This document shows, piece after piece, positions 35,473 to 42,024 of a DNA stretch of 42,024 nucleotides. Under the pieces are notes generated by a model. It had not been told where the DNA came from and ran no database searches. It saw only the letters and a list, made by a program, of their open reading frames with translations. Each line of letters starts with the position of its first letter. Position 1 is the first letter of the stretch. Location: contig CAXPUI010000356.1 of the NCBI GenBank assembly GCA_964220205.1, forward strand, positions 1-42,024. The letters are read 5' to 3'. Origin of the DNA: Candidatus Fonsibacter ubiquis. Lineage in GTDB: Bacteria; Pseudomonadota; Gammaproteobacteria; Pseudomonadales; Azotimanducaceae. A program made the translations under genes and the position numbers.

Positions 35473-36303
35473 ATGCGTTTTGGATTTGTGATCCCCAACA
35501 ACGTCGGCATCGATAACATCGATGATCTGATCAATCTCGGTATTCGGGCCGAAGAACTCGGCTATGACTCCCTCTGGGTCAATCATCACGTTCTGCATGT
35601 TGGCTATGTCAAAGATCGCCTCGGCACAAAGCCTTACCAGGATGCATTAACCGTCCTGACCTGGTTGGCTGCTCAAACGTCAACGATAAAGCTGGGTACC
35701 AGTGTCCTGGTCATGCCCTATCTCCATCCCATGGTGCTCGCAAAGCAAATCGCTACGCTGGACCAACTGAGCCGGGGCCGCCTGATTCTTGGCCTTGGTG
35801 CCGGCAGCCTGCCAGACGAGAACGCACTGCTCGGGGTGCCTTACGAGAGCCGTGGCTCCTACTGCAACGAATTCGTCCAGGTGCTGAAAGCGCTATGGAC
35901 AGACGATACTGCCAGCTTCAAGGGCGACTATTTCGATTTCGATCAACTATGCTCTTCTCCGAAACCTTCGCAGCATCCACATCCGCCCATCGTGATCGGT
36001 GGCAACCGGGCACCCGCTCTCCGTCGGGCCGCACGTTACGGGGACGGCTGGCATCCCATGAATGTTTCTCCTGAAGGGGTTACCCGTCGATTGGCTGCTA
36101 TTCGCGAGGAGGCTAATCTGGCAGGCAGACCAGAGGCAACGAGCATGGTTCAGGTTCGTTTGGGTATGGAACGCGTCAACGCAGAAAGTGCGGCCGAGTA
36201 TGAAGCCGCTGGCGTAACGGACCTGGTCATGCATGTCCTCTCATCGGACCCCCACTCTCAACAAACAGAAATAGAACGTTTCGCTGCTGAAATGTTTCAT
36301 TAA
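35473..36303 (+). CDS. Luciferase-like (LLM class) flavin/F420-dependent oxidoreductase
   Basis: MRFGFVIPN...AEELGYDSLWVNHH...RLILGLGAG...PPIVIGG shows the LLM TIM-barrel pattern. 276 aa. Confidence 0.8.
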   Translation: MRFGFVIPNNVGIDNIDDLINLGIRAEELGYDSLWVNHHVLHVGYVKDRLGTKPYQDALTVLTWLAAQTSTIKLGTSVLVMPYLHPMVLAKQIATLDQLSRGRLILGLGAGSLPDENALLGVPYESRGSYCNEFVQVLKALWTDDTASFKGDYFDFDQLCSSPKPSQHPHPPIVIGGNRAPALRRAARYGDGWHPMNVSPEGVTRRLAAIREEANLAGRPEATSMVQVRLGMERVNAESAAEYEAAGVTDLVMHVLSSDPHSQQTEIERFAAEMFH

Positions 36304-36320
36304 CCAACCGGGAAAACACC

Positions 36321-37982
36321 ATGATTTTCAGACTTTTCGCTCTTTGCTTACTGACTTTCGCACTCAATCAATCCCATGCCGAGCAGGAAGCGGACCCCAC
36401 CGTTGCGATCCTGGTGCCCGGGGGTGGCACTTACTCCCGGTCCATTACAACAGACTCGGCAATGGCCCAGCAGTTTTTTGACCAGGGCCTGCGTTTCGCC
36501 TGGGGCTTCTATTTCCCGGAATCCATCGCATCGTATCAACAGGCGGCGATTTACGACCCTGATCATCCTATGCCTTACTGGGGCATGGCTCATGCCATGG
36601 GACCAAATCCAAACAGTCGTTACAGCCAGATGCCTGACGATCCAAAGGGCGAAGGGCTCAAAGCCATCAAGGAGGCCCTGGCAAGGATAGATAACGCCTC
36701 ACCCCTGGAAGCCGAAATCATCAATGCCATGTGGGTTTTCTACAACAAGGAGGCAACGCCCGACGACCGGGAACGCGACCGTGCCTATCTGGCCGCCATG
36801 CGTGACCTGAACAGCAAATATCCTATGGATTCAGATATCGCCGCTCTTTATGCCGCTTCCTATATGAATATCGGCAAATGGGACTACTGGGATGCTGAAG
36901 GCAATACCAAGGACGAAACGCTACCCGTCGCAGAAGCCCTGGAAAAGATCCTTCAGACAGACCTGACAAACCCCGGCGTCATGCACCTGCATATACATCT
37001 GCTTGAAGCCTCCATGGAACCGCAAAAGGCGCTTATCTCAGCCGATAACCTGGAAGCCTCGGTTCCCATCGCGGGACACGTCGTGCACATGCCCGCTCAC
37101 ATCTATGTCAGAACGGGTGACTTCCAGAAGGCCATTGAAAGCAACGTTCGTTCCCAGGAAGTCGACAAGCAGTTTGCGGAAATCTGGGGTGATCTGCCCA
37201 TGCCTAATATCGGCACCTATCCACTGTCACACAAAATTCACGCCGGTCACGCAATAGACTTCATTCGCTATGCCGCAACTGTTCAGGGGAACTATGAAAC
37301 AGCAATAGATGCAGCGCATGCGGCGAAAGCCAAGGTCCTGACCTACAACAATGTGCACCGCTACCAGAAAAGCATTGCCGCTCCCTGGCTGATCTACAAA
37401 ATCTTTGGCCAGTGGGATGAACTGCTGGGCAAAACACCATCTCACAACGGCATGCCCTATCTCGATGGTATCTGGGCCTACACCCAGGGCAGTGCCCTGC
37501 TGGCAAAGGGTGATTTGAACGGCGCCAAGTCTCAACTGGCGAAGCTCCAGACCATTGCCAATGCACCGAATGCCGATGAGTATCGTGCAGGACCGACTCC
37601 AGTGTCTTCGATCATCAAGCTTGCTGCCTTCGGTCTTGATGGAGAAATTAAACAATACGAAGGTGATCTGGATGCTGCCATCACAGCCTTCGAAAAAGCC
37701 GTTGCACTAGAGGATTTGAACAACTACACGGAACCACCTGACTGGGCGCAGCCCATGCGTAACTACCTAGGTGCTGCACTCATCGAAGCGGGTCGGTCTT
37801 CCGAAGCCGAGGCCGTATACCGCCGCGACCTTAAGTGGAATCACAAGAATGGCTGGTCCTTATTCGGACTACATCAGGCACTGCTTGCCCAGCGCAAGTC
37901 ATCCGCAGCAGAAGAGACCGAGAAGCAGTTTGAAATCGCCTGGCAATACGCGGATGTTGAACTGACACGCTCGCGGCTGTAA
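36321..37982 (+). CDS. Secreted helical-repeat (TPR-like) protein of unknown function
   Basis: Signal peptide MIFRLFALCLLTFALNQSHA. The protein is long and predicted to be all-alpha with TPR-like A/Y/L periodicity. No catalytic motif recognised. Confidence 0.5.
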   Translation: MIFRLFALCLLTFALNQSHAEQEADPTVAILVPGGGTYSRSITTDSAMAQQFFDQGLRFAWGFYFPESIASYQQAAIYDPDHPMPYWGMAHAMGPNPNSRYSQMPDDPKGEGLKAIKEALARIDNASPLEAEIINAMWVFYNKEATPDDRERDRAYLAAMRDLNSKYPMDSDIAALYAASYMNIGKWDYWDAEGNTKDETLPVAEALEKILQTDLTNPGVMHLHIHLLEASMEPQKALISADNLEASVPIAGHVVHMPAHIYVRTGDFQKAIESNVRSQEVDKQFAEIWGDLPMPNIGTYPLSHKIHAGHAIDFIRYAATVQGNYETAIDAAHAAKAKVLTYNNVHRYQKSIAAPWLIYKIFGQWDELLGKTPSHNGMPYLDGIWAYTQGSALLAKGDLNGAKSQLAKLQTIANAPNADEYRAGPTPVSSIIKLAAFGLDGEIKQYEGDLDAAITAFEKAVALEDLNNYTEPPDWAQPMRNYLGAALIEAGRSSEAEAVYRRDLKWNHKNGWSLFGLHQALLAQRKSSAAEETEKQFEIAWQYADVELTRSRL

Positions 37983-38300
37983 GACACTTAGCTCGCAAAG
38001 CCCGTCAAGGTTTCATTGCGCCTGAGGAGCACCGGTTCCGCTCTGGTCTGCCAGACGATTGGCAGCGGCTGCGAATCCGGATCAAACATGTCAGCGCCTG
38101 TCATTGCACGTATACGCATGGATATGCAAAGGCGGCTGGCTGGATTGACCCGAATTACCGATATTACCAGGCAACTGACCCTGGGCAGGGACAGCGGCAT
38201 AGCTTGACGGCGAAAAATACAGGGATAGCACCTGTTATCCAATGACGAGCAACAGCGGCACGATAGCACTGTACAAAGCGGCCTTCTTCATTGTGCTGGC

Positions 38301-39263
38301 CTACGCAGAACCCTTCTCATCCAGGATGATCTCAACTAACCGCTCCCCATGAGTATTCTGGGGGAAGTGACCTGCCGCAAGACCATCGAAGCGGGCATTG
38401 TGCATCCGCTCTGCCCATGTTCTACCCCAGGCTTCCGTAAACACATTGTCCTCGCACCCCCAGATGAACTGGCAACCTTTCTTCCAATCCAACAATGTTC
38501 GGTAGTGCAGCGACTGCGCTGCTGCATTGCCGTTATGGTAATTGTCACAGGGAATCGATAACGGGAACCGTCTGAACCCGTTGTAGCCTTCATCCGGCAG
38601 GCCTCGGTAGGGTGCTGAGTAGGCGTTATACATCGCAGCGGCCGTACCGCTCAGTTCCAGCTTCTGATCCTGTGCGAAGCCGCGAATGAAGTCATCACGC
38701 TCAAGGAGCCCAGCGCTCACCAGCGGGAGCAAACCAATGTCAGGTCGCTCTTTATGGTAAAGACCACCATCGTGCCAGCCCGCATTCCAACCCCTGATAC
38801 CATCAGAGTACTCGTAACCCGGATGATGCAGCCAGGTATTCATAATGACGAGGTGATCAAATCGCTCTGGCATCATCGCAGCCTGGGCCAGACCTGTCGG
38901 TCCGCCCCAGTCCTGGCAAACCAGCGTGATGTTTACCAGGTCCAGATCAACAATCAGGGAGTTCAGAATTTCGGTATGCCGGGCTATCGTGTACCAATGG
39001 ATATCGGTGGGCTTATCCGACTTCCCAAAGCCCATGTGATCCGGTGCAATACATCGATAACCTGCCGCAGTCAGCCCAGGGATCATATCCCGGTAAAGGT
39101 AAGACCAGGTCGGCATGCCATGCAGCAGCAGCATAACCGGTCCCTGCTCGGGACCTTCGTCCACATAATGCATGCGGAGGTCCTGCCACTCATGATAGTT
39201 CGGGGCGAAGGAAAAGTCCGTCAGGGCAAAGTTTTCATCGGGAGTACGCAGGAAATCAGTCAT
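38301..39263 (-). CDS. Haloalkane dehalogenase-like alpha/beta hydrolase (HLD-I type)
   Basis: The start is taken at ATG 39263 (MTDFLRTPDENF). Motifs are HGMPTWSYLYRDMIPGLTAAGYRCIAPDHMGFGKSDKP, the Asp-Trp nucleophile in VCQDWGG, CEDNVF and AAGHFPQ. Paralog of the C-terminal half of 20858-22459. Confidence 0.8.
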   Translation of the reverse strand: MTDFLRTPDENFALTDFSFAPNYHEWQDLRMHYVDEGPEQGPVMLLLHGMPTWSYLYRDMIPGLTAAGYRCIAPDHMGFGKSDKPTDIHWYTIARHTEILNSLIVDLDLVNITLVCQDWGGPTGLAQAAMMPERFDHLVIMNTWLHHPGYEYSDGIRGWNAGWHDGGLYHKERPDIGLLPLVSAGLLERDDFIRGFAQDQKLELSGTAAAMYNAYSAPYRGLPDEGYNGFRRFPLSIPCDNYHNGNAAAQSLHYRTLLDWKKGCQFIWGCEDNVFTEAWGRTWAERMHNARFDGLAAGHFPQNTHGERLVEIILDEKGSA

Positions 39264-39378
39264 CAGGTATCTCAGTCGAATCTCGGAAACAGAGCCTAGC
39301 AAGATCGAATAACCGTTTACAGTTAACCCGGAACTCTTCCCTGTGGCATAGTGATAACAAATAACCCGGAGGAAAACG

Positions 39379-40179
39379 ATGTCAGACTACGAATGCATGC
39401 TGCTGGAGATCAACGACCACATTGCAACCGTGACCATCAATCGACCCGATGTCATGAACGCCCTGAACTGGCAGGCTTATTCAGAACTGGAGCAGATTTT
39501 CCGCGACCTGCAGAAGGACCCGAATGTTCGATGCATCATTCTGACAGGCAACGGCAGAGCTTTCTGCTCAGGAGACGATGTCCGGGAAATTATGCTGAAA
39601 ATCGGTTCCGGTGAAGGCAGCGGCAGTCGACTGAAGGAAATCAGGCCCGGGACAACGCCTGCTGCCCGGGCCATCCTGGATTGTGACCGACCCGTTATCG
39701 CTGCGGTAAATGGTGCGGCAGTCGGCTGGGGCATGGATCTCTCCTTAATGGCCGATTTTCGCATCGCGTCGACCCAGGCTAAATTCGGTGAACTATTCGT
39801 GAAACGCGGACTGGTCGCCGATGTGGGCGGCCTGGTACGCCTACCCAAAATCGTCGGTCCACAGAAAGCCGCAGAGCTCTTGTTTACCGGTGACATCATT
39901 TCCGCTGACGAGGCAAAGGATATCGGCATGCTCCTCGACGTCGTTCCCCACGATGAGTTATTGACCGCTGCCAATAAACTAGCCACCAGAATAGCCTGCA
40001 ATCCTCCCCTGGCAGTCCGCTACCTGAAAGAAGGACTGCGCCGTTCCTATCACGGAGATTATGACGAAATGGGGAACTGGGTAGCGCAAACCCTGGGGAT
40101 ACTCTTCCAGACTGAGGACCATAAAGAAGGTGTTTCCAGCTTCCTGGAAAAACGTGAGCCGACCTTCCATGGGCGTTAA
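39379..40179 (+). CDS. Enoyl-CoA hydratase/isomerase (crotonase) family protein
   Basis: Crotonase pattern NRPDVMNAL...ILTGNGRAFCSGDD...AAVNGAAVGWGMDLSL...FGELFVKRGL. Asp replaces the first canonical Glu. Confidence 0.85.
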   Translation: MSDYECMLLEINDHIATVTINRPDVMNALNWQAYSELEQIFRDLQKDPNVRCIILTGNGRAFCSGDDVREIMLKIGSGEGSGSRLKEIRPGTTPAARAILDCDRPVIAAVNGAAVGWGMDLSLMADFRIASTQAKFGELFVKRGLVADVGGLVRLPKIVGPQKAAELLFTGDIISADEAKDIGMLLDVVPHDELLTAANKLATRIACNPPLAVRYLKEGLRRSYHGDYDEMGNWVAQTLGILFQTEDHKEGVSSFLEKREPTFHGR

Positions 40180-40335
40180 CTGAGTTTGCCGTCCGAGGCA
40201 GGAACCAGGCAGCCATTACCCGAAACCTTCCAGCAGCCATGATGCTGGCTAGATACCACTGCAAGAAAAGGCCCAAACGCCTGTTCTGTTTTTCTGTATC
40301 ATGCCCGTCCTGGCGGGAATCCTGGTAAGCAACTC

Positions 40336-42024
40336 ATGAAAAACCTTTGGCAAGATGAAGACGCGAAAGACTTCGAGTCCTCGGATCTCGCCATGCGAGT
40401 CTATACGTCCAGATTACTGGGTCAGAGCGATGACCTTGTTCTTCATGGTGGTGGGAATACGTCAGTCAAATCGACTGCAACCAACCTCTTCGGAGAGTCT
40501 GAAGAAATTCTGTACGTCAAAGGCTCGGGCTGGGATCTGAAAACAATCGAAGAACCCGGGTTTTCACCTGCCCGTCTCGCTGTCTTGCAACGCCTGGCGA
40601 CACTCGACGCCATGACTGATACCGAGATGACCCGCGAGCTCAAAGCATCCATGACTGACCCCGGTGCTCCTTCGCCCTCGGTTGAAGCAATCCTGCACGC
40701 CATCATCCCTTTCAAATACGTTGATCACACGCATACCGACGCTGTGGTAGCTATCAGCAACTCCCCTAACGGAGAGCAGGTTCTCCACGACCTCTACGGC
40801 GACAGAGTGCTCATCCTGCCGTACATCATGCCTGGATTTGTGCTCGCCCAGCAGGTTTATGAATCCACCAGGGACATGAATTGGGAGAACATCGAGGGCA
40901 TTGTCCTGCTCCACCACGGGCTGTTTACCTTCAACGATTCAGCCCGCGCCAGTTACGACAAAATGATTGAACTGGTCAGCCGTGCTGAGGATCACCTGGC
41001 ATCAATCAGCGCCCTCGACAACCTCGCGGTCGCCAGTTATCAGCCTACCCGCGATGACTACCTGAATCTTGCCCGGGCACGGCAGGCAGCTAGCCGGCAC
41101 TTCGGTGCCCCGATGCTGGCAACCTGGCAGACAGATCCCTACAGCCTGGGTTTTTCTTCCATCAGCGGCATCGCGGACATCGCGACCCGGGGGCCCGTCA
41201 CTCCGGACCATACACTGCAGACAAAGCGCATTCCCGCCATCCTGGCGGAGGACCCTGTCCCGGGTGTCGAAGAATTCGCGGCAGACTATCTCGCGTACTT
41301 TGAGACCCATAATGACGGCAGCCTCGCATGCCTTGATCCCGCCCCTCGCTATGCTGTCTGGAAAGACAAGGGCATCGTCACCTTCGCCGGCAATAACAAA
41401 AGGCGAAGAGTCATCTCGGATATCGTTGCCCACACCATGAAAGCCGTGCAATGGGGTGAGGCCCTGGGAGGCTGGACGACACTGTCCGCTTCGCAGATAT
41501 TCGAACTCGAATACTGGGAGCTGGAACAGGCCAAGCTGAAGCTGGCACCCGCCAAAGCCGAGTACGATGGTCGCGTCGCTCTCGTGACCGGCGCAGCTTC
41601 CGGAATCGGCAAAGCCTGCGTTGAGGCACTGGCAGCGAAGGGTGCCGCTGTCGTTGCTCTTGATATCAATCCCAGTATTACAACTCTCTTTGAGCAGCCT
41701 GGTGTCCTGGGTATCGTCTGCGACATCACTTCAGACGATTCAATTCATGCCGCCATCGAGCAGGGCGTCGGCGCCTTTGGCGGCATTGATATCCTGGTAA
41801 GCAACGCGGGCTCCTTCCCCGCCAGCAGCACCGTTGAGGACATGGACAGCGAGTTTCTGAATGAGACCATGCAGATCAACTTTAACGGCCACGTCAGCTT
41901 TATCCGGGCCTGTACCCCTTTCCTGAAATTAGGGAGTGACCCCTCTATCGGTCTGATGTCATCAAAGAATGTACCCGCACCCGGACCGGGAGCAGGTGCT
42001 TATTCCGCAGCCAAGTCCGCGCTG
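40336..42024 (+). CDS. Bifunctional class II aldolase/adducin-domain + SDR protein (rhamnulose-1-phosphate aldolase/alcohol dehydrogenase-like), 3' end outside window
   Basis: This gene is not in the ORF track because it lacks an in-window stop. Manual translation from ATG 40336 is open for 563 codons to the window end. LHGGGNTSVK and VDHTHTDAV are aldolase motifs. VALVTGAASGIGKA, SNAG and YSAAKSAL are SDR motifs. Confidence 0.85.
   Translation, partial: MKNLWQDEDAKDFESSDLAMRVYTSRLLGQSDDLVLHGGGNTSVKSTATNLFGESEEILYVKGSGWDLKTIEEPGFSPARLAVLQRLATLDAMTDTEMTRELKASMTDPGAPSPSVEAILHAIIPFKYVDHTHTDAVVAISNSPNGEQVLHDLYGDRVLILPYIMPGFVLAQQVYESTRDMNWENIEGIVLLHHGLFTFNDSARASYDKMIELVSRAEDHLASISALDNLAVASYQPTRDDYLNLARARQAASRHFGAPMLATWQTDPYSLGFSSISGIADIATRGPVTPDHTLQTKRIPAILAEDPVPGVEEFAADYLAYFETHNDGSLACLDPAPRYAVWKDKGIVTFAGNNKRRRVISDIVAHTMKAVQWGEALGGWTTLSASQIFELEYWELEQAKLKLAPAKAEYDGRVALVTGAASGIGKACVEALAAKGAAVVALDINPSITTLFEQPGVLGIVCDITSDDSIHAAIEQGVGAFGGIDILVSNAGSFPASSTVEDMDSEFLNETMQINFNGHVSFIRACTPFLKLGSDPSIGLMSSKNVPAPGPGAGAYSAAKSAL

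Noticed and set aside
37983-38300. 318-bp convergent spacer with ORFs 37988-38269 (-, 93 aa) and 38016-38207 (+, 63 aa) and a 6-bp hairpin CTGCCA-N6-TGGCAG (38048-38065)
   Set aside because: Both ORFs are Cys/Arg-rich with no motif, no convincing ribosome-binding site, and they overlap each other. The hairpin lacks a T-tract. This could be a decayed gene or non-coding spacer, but I cannot support a feature call.
40230-40248. Hairpin CCAGCA-N7-TGCTGG after the crotonase gene as a rho-independent terminator
   Set aside because: The stem is short and is followed by CTAGATACC rather than a U-tract. A weak GGC/GCC stem plus GTTCTGTTTTTCTG further downstream is also unconvincing. I found no clear intrinsic terminator anywhere in the window.
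1-42024. Search for tRNA/rRNA genes, CRISPR arrays, IS elements, integrases, toxin-antitoxin or defence systems
   Set aside because: No spacer is long enough or shows cloverleaf-like or repeat-spacer structure. All long ORFs have metabolic or transport motifs, and none resembles a nuclease, recombinase or defence ATPase. This was checked by eye only, so short or degenerate elements could have been missed.

Overview
The window is a 42 kb block of about 37 densely packed protein-coding genes. I found no rRNA, tRNA, CRISPR array, integrase or transposase. Almost every gene encodes a transporter, an oxygenase/oxidoreductase or a hydrolase, and none is a housekeeping gene. The gene content and roughly mid-50s %GC resemble an accessory catabolic region of a marine oligotrophic gammaproteobacterium; that placement is inference only.

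Recognisable modules:
1. BASS and EamA transporters lie divergent from a TetR regulator followed by TauD-like dioxygenase, SorA and SorB. This suggests oxygenolytic desulfonation coupled to periplasmic sulfite oxidation.
2. A translationally coupled six-gene operon encodes a membrane di-iron hydroxylase, a BCCT transporter, an SDR, an HSL-type esterase, a PhyH dioxygenase and a crotonase. Beside it are an MFS plus an unusually short BCCT-like protein, and a BKACE beta-keto-acid cleavage enzyme. I rank this as the best candidate for an undescribed onium-osmolyte (carnitine/gamma-butyrobetaine-like) pathway.
3. A leaderless BtuF-like binding protein is coupled to a secreted NPP/alkaline-phosphatase-family enzyme, divergent from a lipoprotein-type cholinesterase-like carboxylesterase.
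4. A membrane-anchored, Cys-rich unknown domain is fused to an HLD-I haloalkane dehalogenase, and a second HLD-I paralog lies 16 kb away.
5. An ethanolamine-permease-like APC transporter and a beta-hydroxyacid dehydrogenase lie divergent from a second TauD/AtsK-like dioxygenase.
6. A form II coxG-S-L-M molybdenum hydroxylase cluster lies divergent from a Baeyer-Villiger monooxygenase, an LLM oxidoreductase and a secreted TPR protein.
7. A crotonase is followed by an open-ended aldolase/SDR fusion gene that the ORF track does not list.

All functional calls rest on motifs read from the translations. Novelty cannot be established without database searches.
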